A DNA stretch of 60,025 nucleotides, the filler included, from Jimgerdemannia flammicorona (lineage: Eukaryota): NCBI GenBank assembly GCA_003990765.1. It is 2 parts of 2 records of this genome, joined end to end, with 100 filler letters (N's around TTAATTAATTAA, not from the genome) between each part and the next. Parts side by side here need not be neighbours in the genome. Positions count along the whole stretch, not along the records: positions 1 to 29,964 come from RBNJ01000460.1; 1 more part is not named here. The stretch is one strand, 5' to 3'. Below, piece after piece: positions 1 through 11,924 of the stretch (its first letter is position 1; every line of letters starts with the position of its first letter). The notes under the pieces are model-generated. The model saw only the letters and a program-made list of their open reading frames with translations. It searched no databases and was not told the DNA's origin. The position numbers and the translations under genes were made by a program.

Positions 1-139
1 TTTTTCTCTCTTCTCTTCCTCCCCTCTTCCAAACAACCTTCGTCCAAACATCTTTCTTATCCATACTTCAATCGTGATCCTGGAACAGATAACGGTTCCC
101 GCGATGATCATGAGCATTATGGGTGGGATCCTCGTCTAC
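1..139. repeat. Contig-start copy of a ~138-bp direct repeat also at the contig end (29827-29964)
   Basis: ctctcttctcttcctcccctcttccaaacaacc...gatcctggaacagataacggttcccgcgatgatcatgagcattatgg aligns with 29827-29964 with about 6 differences. Confidence 0.95.
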
Positions 140-673
140 TCTACAAGTAAGTGTTGCTTTTTTTATGTTTAGTTTTGTAGGAGGCTCGGAGTAATGGATT
201 TCGGGATAACGGTGATATAAGAAGAAACATCGGTGCTTTCGAAATAGGTTTTGCCAATGTTCCTCGATTTTCTCTCACATATTCGTTTCCTCCTTCTCTC
301 CATCCTCCCATGCAGTTATTGCGTACTCGCACTTCTTCGCGACCGAGGGCGACGAATTCTAATCGCGGGTCATTTCAAGCAATCCACCTCCTAGCTTGGA
401 TTGAAGCGAGGCCACCGAGGGTTTCAGGGCTGGATTCGTCCGGCGAAGGGAGCCCCGTCCGCATAATTTACGCACTTGTATCTTTTTCCATCGTTCGAAT
501 TTTTGGTTGGCACCACCCTTCCCACGAGCCCCGCAATGATCATTGCCCATCGGATTTTCTAATAAATTGGGAAGATTCCTATCCCCGTGCGTATCGTATC
601 GTATGGCCTCGTTTGCAGTTGCATTCGCTACCTGACAGCCAGCCGCTGCTCGTCGCTGATCAAACCATCTCGC

Positions 674-727
674 TTCAGAACGGTGTGTGGTTTCAGAACG
701 GTGTGTAGTTTCAGAACGGTGTGTGGT
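674..727. repeat. 3 x 18-bp tandem repeat (TTCAGAACGGTGTGTRGT) upstream of the 883 gene
   Basis: Units read directly at 674-691, 692-709 and 710-727; one mismatch. Confidence 0.95.
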
Positions 728-882
728 TTGTGATGAGGAAGTGGCCAAAACGGGAAAAGTCTCAGCGTGCAATGCATACTGCGGCAGTCACACCTTGTGT
801 CACATGACGGTGTTTTTGCACGACGACTGTTATAAGTTGCTGAGCCACAAACACCCCTTTCTCTCTCTAATGCTTCGAAGCC

Positions 883-3066
883 ATGGACACACTACCGCTT
901 CCACTCCTCTCCGACATCTTTGTCCTCGCCCAAAATGCCGAAGCATTTTCTCAGACATGTCGCCTCCTGCGGGATGTCTCTTTTGACTCCCTAAGCCGCG
1001 CCAAGTACTTATTGGTACGTTATGGGCCCTATCTGAGCCTTCCCATGGCCGCCCTCCGTCATCCCGAAATCCTGACCCGTCCCGTGTCCCGCGCCCTCAT
1101 CGCCAACGGCGCCATTGTCTCTCGCCACTTCGCTCAGCGCCTCCTGCGCCACCACGACGGCGGCTACCGTCCTATGCATGTCAGCGCCTCCACCATCACC
1201 TACGTCCTCGACAACGCCATCAACACCTACGGTGATTTCTCGGCGCCTGACGACGACCGCAAAAACCTTGCAGACATCTTCTGCCTCATTATGAACAGCG
1301 AGGACACGGATAGGGAGCGCCTCGCGACCCTCACAGATCACCTGGACGCTGTCTTGGAGAGCTCCTCCTTCTACCCGATCCCCGAAATCGTCTATTACGC
1401 CGACTCGGTGGACGTGCGCAACGGCCACTTTTACAAGTCATATCCGTACGAGGCTGTCCTCCTCCTCCTCGTCACCTATGCCCTCCCTTATTTAACGCGC
1501 ATTGTCCGCGCGGGCTACCACCTCCGGCACGAGAACGTCCAGCGCTTCTTCTCGCAGTTCTGCCTCGCTGCGTCCGTCTTCCGTCACTCTTCTTCCCGCG
1601 CCTCTGCCCTCCTTACCATCGCCCTCCAGCGCTTAATCGACCTCCGCGTCATCAGCCCGACAGAGGACGACATCCACCAGCTCATCGTCCACGATATGCG
1701 CCAGGAGTCCGTCCACGTCGCCGGCACCCTTGGCCATCTTCGCTTCAGCTTCCCCGTCAAGCCCATCTTCGAGCGTGTCGTCCTCGAGATCATTTCCGAT
1801 CCGCAGTTTATGTCGTGGGAGAAGGGGTTCCGTCGCCTCTACGAGACCATGCCGTGCCCGAACGTCATGGCGCGCGCCTTGCTTGTCCGGTTCGCAGACG
1901 CTGCCAAGCTCGTCGTCCCACCCGACAGTGAGGGTGAGAAGGGGAAGATGCCTGTTTTGAGAAGGCGAGCGGACGTGGATTTCGGGTTCGGGTTGACACG
2001 GGAGTTTGCTATGCTTGTGCTACACGAGCTCGGGGCCAAGCACCCGGCCACTAGGGTTGTGTTCGCGAAGTTGATACTCGGGATCGTGGCGGCCGGCGGC
2101 GAGGATTACGATCCGTACGGGGATAAACTTGGCGAGAGGTTGAGGTTGATGACAGATATGATGGACGGCGGATTGAAGCTGAGCAAAAGGCATTTGAAGT
2201 GGTTTGTGTTCGCGTCGAATGGAAACTCGTTGAGGGAGTTTTTGACGAAGGTCGGAGATAAGATCGAGATTGTGGTCGATGAGGAGGATGCGGCTAGTGT
2301 GGAGAACAAGGAGAGTACGGAATCGGAGGCGGAGGCAGGGATGTTGGGTGAGAAAACAATGCACGCGGAGTTTGTGTTCTCGGTCGCGAGTGATAGGCCG
2401 CTCGTCGAGCAGGAGGGCGGAATTGTCGTTGGTGAGGTTGAAGGATCCGAAGGAACACCGCAACAGCAACAGCAGACCACGTCCGTCCCCGCGTCACCAA
2501 TCTACTCCTGCACTTCCACCATATCATCGATTTCGGTCGCTACACAAACCCCCTCACCTCCCACCACCCTCAAGACCCGCCCTTTAAACGGCGTTCTCGC
2601 CGAGATCCTGACCGAAGAGCGCGACCGCCAACGGTACCTGGCGTCCAAAGATCCGTCGCGCCGCGGAGAGAGGCGCAGGCTGCTCGTCGCGCGCGATGCG
2701 AGCAAAAACCCGCTGATCGAGGAGCTGAGCGTATATCTGGCGGGGAAGAACGGGCCAACAAAGTTGACGCTTGTGGAGGAAGAGGAAAAGGGGAAGGAGG
2801 TCGTCAAGATCGGAGAGGAGGATACGGTTGTCGCGATGCCAGAGGGGATGATGTATTCGGATGCCTTGACGGAGATCTTGGCGGAGGAGGAGGGGGAAGC
2901 GGCGTTCATTGAGACGAAGGGGAAGGGAAAAGCGGTTGAGGACGTGCCGAGAGAGTCGGCGGCGGTTGTTGGGGAGAAGCGGGTTGAGGCTCACGCGCTT
3001 TGTGAGAGCGACGACGACGGCGACGAGGACGAATACTTTGAGGCGTCGGAGTGGTTGGTGCTTTGA
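883..3066 (+). CDS. 727-aa intronless hypothetical protein with F-box-like N-terminus and acidic, low-complexity C-terminus
   Basis: Long ORF with GC3-rich codons. N-terminus MDTLPLPLLSDIFVLAQNAEAFSQTCRLLRDV fits the F-box pattern LPxxLLxxIF...CR; the F-box call is tentative. Confidence 0.85.
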   Translation: MDTLPLPLLSDIFVLAQNAEAFSQTCRLLRDVSFDSLSRAKYLLVRYGPYLSLPMAALRHPEILTRPVSRALIANGAIVSRHFAQRLLRHHDGGYRPMHVSASTITYVLDNAINTYGDFSAPDDDRKNLADIFCLIMNSEDTDRERLATLTDHLDAVLESSSFYPIPEIVYYADSVDVRNGHFYKSYPYEAVLLLLVTYALPYLTRIVRAGYHLRHENVQRFFSQFCLAASVFRHSSSRASALLTIALQRLIDLRVISPTEDDIHQLIVHDMRQESVHVAGTLGHLRFSFPVKPIFERVVLEIISDPQFMSWEKGFRRLYETMPCPNVMARALLVRFADAAKLVVPPDSEGEKGKMPVLRRRADVDFGFGLTREFAMLVLHELGAKHPATRVVFAKLILGIVAAGGEDYDPYGDKLGERLRLMTDMMDGGLKLSKRHLKWFVFASNGNSLREFLTKVGDKIEIVVDEEDAASVENKESTESEAEAGMLGEKTMHAEFVFSVASDRPLVEQEGGIVVGEVEGSEGTPQQQQQTTSVPASPIYSCTSTISSISVATQTPSPPTTLKTRPLNGVLAEILTEERDRQRYLASKDPSRRGERRRLLVARDASKNPLIEELSVYLAGKNGPTKLTLVEEEEKGKEVVKIGEEDTVVAMPEGMMYSDALTEILAEEEGEAAFIETKGKGKAVEDVPRESAAVVGEKRVEAHALCESDDDGDEDEYFEASEWLVL

Positions 3067-3344
3067 GGCGCAACAGGCAGTCTGATCTAGATGAGTGGAT
3101 GTTGTGGATGTGCGGACAATGTGCTTGGGTGGTTGGTGTATATTAATTAGTACATGGCGTGCATATAGGGGTCGGATGGTTTGTATGTAACATTTCTTTT
3201 CTTCTTTAAATTGCATTTTGGGCACGTCTTCCGCTTCTTTCCATACGTACATACAATATACATACTGGCTGCATGGAAATAAATGGGTAAAACGAACACA
3301 ACACCTTGTTGCGGCTCCGATCTGGGGTTGGCCTGAAACGGTTG

Positions 3345-3368
3345 CACGTGCCGACCCACGATCACGTG
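3345..3368. promoter_or_regulatory. Two CACGTG E-box motifs ~70-90 bp upstream of the APRT start
   Basis: CACGTG at 3345-3350 and 3363-3368; function not demonstrated. Confidence 0.3.
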
Positions 3369-3433
3369 CATCGGAAGGGTTCTGGTGGCCTCTTTTTTTT
3401 TATCGTACTACTTCACCACCCCGTTCTTCATCA

Positions 3434-4508
3434 ATGGCCGACATAGAGCGCATCAAGAACCTTCTCGGCACCCACGCCGACTTCCCCAAGAAGGTCTGCA
3501 CCCCGCCCCTATCCTCCTCGTCGCCTATGCGTTCGTCCGGTTGTATCGGTCGGCGGTCGTGCGACGAGCGGTCTTCTTACCACGACACTGTCGTCCTCTA
3601 CAGGGCATCGTCTTCAAGGACATATTCCCCGTCTTCCAGGACTCGACTGCCGTCGAGGCCCTCATCACCAACTTTGTCTACCACGTCAGCTCCACCCACA
3701 CCGAGAAGGTCGATGTCGTCGTCGGTATGTATTGAGAGGAGGGGATGTCCGAATTTGTTTCGGTATTTGACATCCGACTTGAATCGTTCCGATCCTCGAA
3801 TCGACGTGCTCCACCCACTTCATCGTGCCATGAATCGGGTTGGACATCATGCTCATCCCCTCCCCAATCAACTTGCACAGGTCTTGACGCTCGCGGCTTC
3901 CTCTTCGGCCCGCTGATCGCGCTCCGCCTCGGCGCGGCATTTGTCCCTGTCCGTAAGCAGGGCAAGCTTCCCGGGGAGACCGTCAGCACCGTCTACGCCA
4001 AGGAGTATGGAGAGGTGGGTTTTGTTGGGTAGAGAAGCAGGTTTTCGCCGTTTTCGGAGCCGTGTGGGTGGGTGAGGATTATGCCTTGGGTTGGGTTGCG
4101 GTTATCGAGATGAGCCGATTGCGTCAGTTCCATCACCATCATATTGCTAACGGTGAACACCGCGTCTTGACCCGCAGGACATCTTCGAGCTTCAGAAGAG
4201 CGCCATCAAGGCCGGTCAGCGTGCCATCATCGTCGACGACCTGATTGCGACGGGCGGGAGCGCCAAGGCGGCCGGTACGTGGATCCTTCCTTAACACTTG
4301 TGTATATTTTTGGAACCCAATAAAATTGAGACGCTAAATCCAATACCACCTTTCTTTTAATCCAATCCATGTCTCCCCATCAGGCGAGCTCGTCCGCAAG
4401 GCCGGCGGCAAGACGGTTGAGTACCTGTTCGTGATGGAGCTGTCGTTCCTTAACGGCGCCGCGAAGCTCGACGCGCCGTCCTACTCGCTCGTCAAGCTAG
4501 ATGATTAG
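3434..4508 (+). CDS. APT1: Adenine phosphoribosyltransferase, 5 exons (3434-3493, 3604-3724, 3881-4014, 4178-4274, 4384-4508)
   Basis: GT-AG introns join into MADIERIK...[14 protein letters not shown]...[11 protein letters not shown]...[11 protein letters not shown]...EYGEDIFE...[20 protein letters not shown]...LDD*; contains the PRPP-binding [10 protein letters not shown] motif. Confidence 0.97.
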
Positions 4509-5075
4509 GGGTGCGCGCTAAAATGGTATATGATACGTTAGGCGTGTCTTCCGAAAATAAAAAATAAAAATAAAAGGCACATGATAATATAGCGATGTCT
4601 ATGTATTTATACTAAATAGCCTTGCGAAGCTCCGGGCGATGTTGCTTAAATTCCCTAAATCTTGCGAAACTCGTTATTAGGTTGATGTGTGGGTATACAA
4701 TGTTAGGTTTACTGCCATGGGATTCCATAGCTTTTAACCAAAAATCCGGGGAAAAGAGCGGGTTGCGCAGACGAAAGTTGCTGGTGTGGAGAACACGGGG
4801 CAGAGCTCAGATGACAACGCTGGGGTGCGTTGGCTTAGCTTGGCTTTGGGGGGGGAGGGAAGGCGACTTTCAAAATGATGCTTGAGCTGGTAACATCGTG
4901 GCTGGAAGATTTATTGTCGCAATTGCTGTCATAATCGCATCGGATGCTTGCAGACAAACACTACATTCCTTCGCACCACAAAACTAATCCGTTGATCTAC
5001 TCCCACCACACTCACCAACCCAGTCTACCCTCTTGGCACAGAACAGATATCATGGTCCCCGTGAACTCCACCAGC

Positions 5076-6806
5076 TCACGCGCGCTTCCTGGCCAGGACG
5101 AGCCAGCGGCCTAGCACGCCACAGCGAAGCAAGCGCGCCGTCCAGAGAAGGTGGAGGTGATGGTGACGGTAGATGGCGTCGCCGTGGATCTGTCTGTGGT
5201 GGACAGTATTAACTTTCGACTCGATAAGAAAAAAGAGCAGCATTCCAATTTCAGCGGCGAAGATAAGCCGCAACATCCCAACCAAACCGCACACCATCAC
5301 CTACCGCACGATTCTCTCCTCCGCCGTCCACCTATACGCCCATTCCTCGCACGTCCTCGCCGTCATTCCTGCAACATTATCCCCGGCCTCGACGACAAAC
5401 CCTGCCTTCCCAATTTCCTCCACCACACGAGCAAACTTTCTAACCATCACGCCGACACCGGCGCCGGCGCCGCTTATATGGCGCAGGCGATGCAGATGGT
5501 ACTGCCACGCCTCAGCGTCAGACCGCTCATTGGTCGTGAACTCGAGCAGGAGGGAGCCACCCGGGAAGAGGAGGTGGTCGGCCTGTAGCAGATGGAGGAG
5601 GCGGCGGAACGGGACGGTAGGAGGGAGACGGTCAAGGGTTTGGAGGGCTAGAATGTGGTGGAAGGGAGGGCGGCGGCGGCTGGCTAAGGTTATGGATGGA
5701 GTCGGGTGGAGGTAAGGGAGAAGGGAGGGAGGTGGAAGAAGAATTTCAGGGAGAAAGAGGTGTGGGAGAAGAGTAGATAGCGTGGTCCGGGCGTAGCGGG
5801 CTTGGGGCGTGATGAAAAGGAGGAGTGTCAGGTCGTCGAAGCTGAATAAAATCGAGTACAATAATAGAACAGTAATAAATACCACCTTGTTCCTCCGTCG
5901 CCGCAATACCCACAACCCTCACACCCTCGACCTTCCGAACCATGAACCCCGCCGCAAATCCCCACTCTAACTCGAGGTCAAGTACGCGGTCTTGTGGCCG
6001 AAGTCCGAGCAAGTTCGTGGAAATGTGCTCCATCTTGGCAAGCTATCAAAGAAGGCGGATCGGAATTAGAGCGAGCGTATTTTCGATGTGTGGGCATGAA
6101 TAATGGGTGGGAGTTTACCTGCGCATCCTCGAGCTTCATGTCCGGGTGCGTGAAGTGGGCCGAGGCAGTGGACATGGTCGAGCCGAGATAGGCAGTGTGG
6201 AAGTCTCCTAATGGAGAAATGAGACAGATATTTTTTCAGTTGGTAGGTCTACGCGCAGAAAATCTTGAAAATAAAATCGTATGCAGATCCGTCTTGAGCA
6301 ATGGAAGCAAAGTCGACCTTACCTCCCTTTTCGAACCACTCCCGCTCCACCTTCCCCTCACCCCGCCATAATACACCCAACACACCTGCGTGCCACACCA
6401 GCCCGACGAGATCCCGGATCCCAAGCCGAAAATCGATGTACCGATCCATACCCGCCAGCCTTTCAGCGCCCTCCTGGAACTCGACCTCGCCCGCGGCGTA
6501 CAATCGGATGAACGTCCCGACAGGCAGTTTGTAGCAATCGTTGAGGACGAGAGAAGAGTCACGGGGCTCGAGAAATGTGCGCGGGGAGACAGGTGCGGGA
6601 AGCCTGCGGAGGTGCGCGCGGAGCGAGCGCAGGAGCCATAGGAAGAGGAGGAGGAGAAAGACGTGGGTGAGAGACAGCTGTCGGAGATGGATGGAAAGGA
6701 TGGAAAGGAGAGTGGAAAGGAGCTCGGAGAGATCAGTGAAGGAGACATAGTGGAGGGTGGAGGAGGAGAGGTCGCAGAGAGCGTAGATGGTGGTCGTGAT
6801 GTCCAT
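5076..6806 (-). CDS. Multi-exon cyclopropane-fatty-acid synthase / sphingolipid C9-methyltransferase-like protein with degenerate motifs
   Basis: N-terminal hydrophobic segment, then KLPVGTFIRLYAAGEVEF, GDFHTAYLGSTMSTASAHF...LEDAQ, LGLRPQDRVLDLELEWG, LFPGGSLLL, AGFVVEAGDNV..TCEEWAYRW and YGDAIYR...LRCG, in CFA/C9-MT order; internal exon boundaries approximate. Confidence 0.75.
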
Positions 6807-8115
6807 GGCTTTGTTTTGCGGTCGAAATGATTTTGCGGCCATTTATGCAAATGACGGAGGTTCGCTGACGTGGTGATGAGCGTCAGATTCGTGGTCTGAT
6901 GTTCGTCCAAGGCATAAGTCTGCATCGCAAATTGCCTTCATACATCGCACACCCCAAGTTGAGCAAAATTATGTACCCAATGGAATGGACAAATAATCTT
7001 GCGGTTGGGAAGCTTGCATGGATCCAGAGGCCACTCTGTGTGAGTGCTAAAGTGAGCTTCAATGTTGTATTGAACTGATCTTCAACAAGCAGGAAAGATA
7101 TACACAGCAAACTATTAATTTTGGTTCATCACCTTCTCCGTCATTATTCACCTTAATCGTTCCAACAATACGTGAAGAGCTTCATGCAACACAAACTCTT
7201 CTATTGGTTGCAATCTCAACGAATCATGCATGCTACGTTCTCTGATTTTTAGAACTACTCCCACGATTCTCGTGCAGGTCCGGCTTGTTCGTAAAGTCCG
7301 TCTCGGACATGCGGACTTTGCTTGGATCATATGATTGTCGAGGGTAGGATCCCTGAAACGTTTTGTTCGCAGGAACTTAGAATTGGTGACAAGTAGACAG
7401 AATAAAGGTCTGGATACGGGTTGTGGAGGATGACGAGTGGTTGGAATTGGTGCTAATAAAATCTTTGCTGGCAACCGAACATGTATTGGGAACCTGATTA
7501 TATATGTACTTGCACAAAACAATTATATCCTAGCCTTTGTTCAACCAAGCAACACATCATGTTCGATGATCTAAATATTCCGGCTCGATTGGGGCTTGGT
7601 AACTATTTACTAGAACCAACCATCCGCAGCCAATGTAACCGGACAAGCTGCGATTAGGCCTATCGTCTTCAGCATGAAAGTTCTCCTACTGCAGGCTTCG
7701 CGATGCAAACATCATATTTGACAGGCACCTAGCTCTTGCCTGGGCTCAGGGCTTTGGTACACTCTTCCGATAATATACATAATTATATATATTATTGTTT
7801 CTGCTGCAGAAGAGCAGCTTTGCTATTCAGTAAGAATATATAGATAATAGTCATAGTAATGCTAGAGTTCAATAAAGCTGTTGCGCATCTTATTATTTAA
7901 TGGCAAAAATAACACAACTAGAATGAATGAATGGAGGGAATTGAGGAATCGGGCAAAGTTCATCACAATATCCTGGTATATACTGTATATTGAGCTATAT
8001 ATGTATAAGTACGCCATATATGTGACGTAGTTATATAAGAACACAGAGATTACCAAGGTCGTTGCATATAAAAAGGCCTAGCTCTACAGGCAATATTCAT
8101 ACCAATTTTTTAATC

Positions 8116-8385
8116 ATGTTTAGTAAATCACTCCTTTACGTGTGCCTTCTGGCAACCGACTTCCTGGGCAGCTCGGGTAACTTTGATGGCTTCTTCGACT
8201 TCACCCTCGCTAAGAACAACCTCTCTGGCAACCTCCTCTCCACGCCCGCACTGGCCGACTTCCTGGGCATCTCGGATAACTTTGGTGGCTTCTTCGACTT
8301 CACTTTCGCTAAGAACAACCTCTCCAGTAACATCTCGCTGCCCGCGGCCAACTATCCGGGAAGCAAGCCGCCTTTCTTGGTTTGA
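8116..8385 (+). CDS. Small ORF (89 aa) with signal-peptide-like start and a 99-bp internal duplication; possibly a pseudogene
   Basis: TATAAAAA at 8067-8074; MFSKSLLYVCLLAT start; C-ending codon bias; DFLGxSxNFxGFFDFTxAKNNLSxN occurs twice (8158 and 8257). Confidence 0.5.
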   Translation: MFSKSLLYVCLLATDFLGSSGNFDGFFDFTLAKNNLSGNLLSTPALADFLGISDNFGGFFDFTFAKNNLSSNISLPAANYPGSKPPFLV

Positions 8386-8629
8386 CTGATGTCAGAATGG
8401 GTAAGTCTGACCTCGTTGCTCACCCTCTTTCCTTCATGCGATTCCGATCTTTAGAGGAAGTCATCGACATCATCTTCTACCCAGCCCTCTACAGGGGAAC
8501 TGAGAGTATCGGTTGGAACTGGAGCGCGAATGCTAACATCTCCGCTCGACTTCTCATAATGCACATCGACTCCTTTCTTGGACAGTATAGTTTCAGGGCA
8601 ATATCTCATTCCCACAATAATGATTAGTT

Positions 8630-9488
8630 TCAGAACTTGAGATATAATATATAATATCAGATAGCTTAAGACATTATACTATAATAGAGATTTGTTTAAT
8701 AATCTCAAAAGATCTAATAAATTTGAAATTTGGTTAATTGACATTTGGCTTATGACTGAATCTTAAGATTTTTGATAAATAAAAGAACTTAATTACTAAT
8801 AGTATAAATAATATTATAGTATTTCTTTATACATATACTTAACTTAATATTATTGAGCTTTTTAAAAGTTAATAATAGTAATATAAGAAACCTAATAAGA
8901 TTCTTAACAATTGGAACATATATTTAACAAAAGACAAAAACTGACAACAAATTCTGAGCAGGAGGTAGATATTTATTTGAAAAGTAAAACTATTAAATTT
9001 TAAGCAGAAGTTGATATATTATCTTGATAGCAAGTAAGTTAAAAATTTATATTTGAATTAGGTTAATTTGAAATATTATTTGAGTTTCTCTAATTGATTT
9101 AATTGATTAAGAATATTAGAGCCATAGTAGAGATTTCTCAAATTTAGCAAAAATAGTATATAACTACTTAGCTATCTCAGCAACAAGTACTCTAATTGAG
9201 AGAGTTTTTTCAAATAGTAAAGATCTTATAACAGCTAAAAGAAGTACTTTAGACCCTGAAACAATTTATAAATATATGTATTTAAAGATATAGTAATCTG
9301 TCTAGTATTTCAATAATAATAACTAATTTCAAATCTCAAAATATAGTTAAATTTCAAAATATCAAATAAATATAGTACTCAGGTATTATATTATATAAGT
9401 ACAATCCAGAATACTATATCTGAATATAATTTCTGAATACATATCTAATTATCATATTTAAATATAATTTTTATCATTTCCAGCCCTA
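8630..9488 (+). mobile_element. Decayed hAT DNA transposon (C-terminal dimerisation domain and probable 3' TIR)
   Basis: ~9121-9293 reads DFSNLAKIVYNYLAISATSTLIERVFSNSKDLITAKRSTLDPETI..YMYLK, matching hAT IPATSxxxERxFS; ends CAGCCCTA; left boundary approximate. Confidence 0.8.
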
Positions 9489-9653
9489 ATGAGATTAGTG
9501 AGATATTATTATATCTATTTAGGAGTATTAGAGATAGATAATAAGTAGCATAAATGATATAATATATAAAATTTCAAATATATTCAAAGCTTAAGAATAT
9601 ATATTATATACTTAGTTGCTATATCTGAAATATATATATATTTGTAAGCTTGT

Positions 9654-10063
9654 AAGCTCTTAATTCTATAAGCAACAAGTATAAGCCAAGAGCTTTGAAT
9701 ATTGTAATAAATATAAGCCTACAATTCTGTAAGCAATAAGTATAAGCCAAGAGCTTTAAATATTGCAACAAGTATAAGTCTACAATTCTGCAAGTAATAA
9801 ATATAAGCTGAGAGCTTTGAATATTGCAATAAGTATATATAAGTCTGTAATCCTATAAGTAATAAAAAACTACAAGCCTATAATCCTGTGAGCAATAAGT
9901 ATAAGTCAAGAGCTTTGAATGTTGCAACAAGTATAAGCTCATGATCCTATGAGCAATAAGTATAAACTAAGAGCTTTAAATATTACAATAAGTATAAGTC
10001 TATATATCTATAAGTCTACAAGTAATAAGTATAAGCCAAGAGCTTTAGATATTACAATAAGTA
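9654..10063. repeat. Minisatellite, ~61-bp unit, ~6 copies
   Basis: aagtataagccaagagctttgaatattgcaa-like core recurs at ~9689, 9750, 9811, 9909, 9970 and 10039. Confidence 0.85.
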
Positions 10064-10319
10064 TAGATAAAATATATATAAATAAGCTGGCTTTAATAAT
10101 AAAAAACAAATCAAAAATCAAAAATTAAAAAATGATCTCACTTTATAAAAAACTTCAATTCTATATTAATTATCTTTTTAAAGTCTTTGAGAATATAAAT
10201 AATGCTATCAACAAGATTGTCATCTGATTGAATGATGAAAAACCTAAGACTGATAATGAATATAAGAAGAAGAAGAAAATTGAAAAAGTAATTAAGTAAT
10301 TTATTTCAAAGACTATACT

Positions 10320-10660
10320 TAAAGCTACTCCTCAGATCTCTACTCCTGAGGCCTCTGAAGATACTACCTAAGCCCAAGCTACCATCTAAGCCTAAGTTAC
10401 TGTCTAAGCCTAAGCCACTACCACTCTAGCCCAAGCTGCTACCCAAGCCCAAGTTGCTACTTAAGTTCAAGCTATTACTCAAGTCTAAGCTACTACTCAA
10501 GCTCAAACCACTACCCAAGCTACCACCTAAGTTTAAGCCACTACTACTGTCTAAGCTATCACCCAAGTTCAAGGCTATCATCTATACTCAAGCTGCTGCC
10601 TAAGTCCAAGTTATCACCCAAGCCCAAGCTACTATCCAAGCTACTGCTCAAGCTACTACT
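10320..10660 (+). pseudogene. Decayed ORF made of 18-bp (ATTQAQ)n coding repeats
   Basis: gctaccacccaagcccaa-like units; in-frame stops are TAA at positions where other units have CAA (Gln). Confidence 0.7.
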
Positions 10661-10999
10661 TATTTAAAAACTAAAGACCAATCTCATACAAGCTGTAATA
10701 ATTATAGAAGATATAAAAAAACTATATTATATTTTTCTCAAAATCTGTCAACAACTCAATCTATTAATCTCTGATCTTTTGCTAAAAAAGAGATCATATA
10801 ATAATGCTCACTGGATAGCTGCTGCTATAACTAGATATGGCTGAGACCAGAACTAGAACTAGAGTTATATATATATAAATTTTAAGTAACATACCTTTCA
10901 AATAAAGAACTGATTATCTTATTATATAAGTTACTAAAAATCTTAAATTGATATTCAATTTAATTTGAATTAATTCAATTTATTTAGAAGTACTAGTGG

Positions 11000-11924
11000 A
11001 GAGAACTTACTATATTAATTTATATATATTAGTAAGAAAATGAGAAGATGCTCTAGAGATCTGAGATATATATAGAGGTAAGATAGGCTTCTTTTGAGTA
11101 GATCTTCTATAGTAGAATTTGACATCAATACTGATATAAAGTATCAATAGAGTATGGGAGATGATCTGTAGCTGGTGGGCTAGTAGTAAGCAGATGTTGA
11201 TAAAGAGTAAAATTGAGTAAGAATCTGGATATAGAGTATAGAGATGAGAAGGTGGCTCTCTTCTAATATAGTAGTATATCTTGAGAAGAAATATCATATT
11301 GAACTTTAGGTCTAGACACTTGGTAGATAGTGGGATATTCAAGTATAAAGAATGTTTCAATGTTGAATAGGAGAGAGAGAGAGTGGTACAGACTCCAGAA
11401 TATTAGTTGGAAGAGTATACTATATATAGTGATTTCTGGGAGATAGTTAGTAATCATCTTGAGATATAGTATCAAGCTAGTGGAGATATAAGAAGATAGA
11501 ATGACCTAAGGGAGAGGCTGGTGGAGAATGTTAGCAATGAGTAACTTATAGTTAGGTGAGTATTAGTAATATAAGTAGGATTGACTAGATACTGGTAATA
11601 TATATTTGAAAATAGATAATAAATATTATTAGGAGTAAGAGTAGTAAGGTGAGAGAGATTGATGGTAGACATTCTGTCTGATTGATAGAAGAAATAGAGC
11701 CTTCAGAAGAGTCACCACAGAAGATTAGTAGAAAGGATATATGAGAAGAGTAGAGAGTAGATTACAGTATTAACAACCTAGTAGTATTTCAGAGAGAGGA
11801 TGGAGAGAGAAGAATAAGTATTGGGATAGGATAGAGAGGGGTTGAGTGTAGCTACTGGTGTGATGTAGAGACTGTATCTATATTATAGATTAGTTAATAA
11901 AGGAGCCTAGTGCTCTATAAAAAG

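Noticed and set aside
1009..3252. Numerous overlapping antisense or alternate-frame ORFs (also within the Zn2Cys6 and lipin genes)
   Set aside because: Expected shadows of GC-rich coding sequence
7148..7522. ORF ending in HEALH (HExxH metalloprotease motif)
   Set aside because: Non-ATG start, no codon bias and no other zincin features; likely chance
8136..8351. Lys/Pro-rich repeat ORF on the - strand
   Set aside because: Antisense shadow of the + strand ORF, which has the TATA box, ATG and codon bias
9654..10063. CRISPR-like periodicity (~30-bp subunits)
   Set aside because: The intervening segments are themselves repeated, the units are degenerate and the context is eukaryotic; it is a minisatellite
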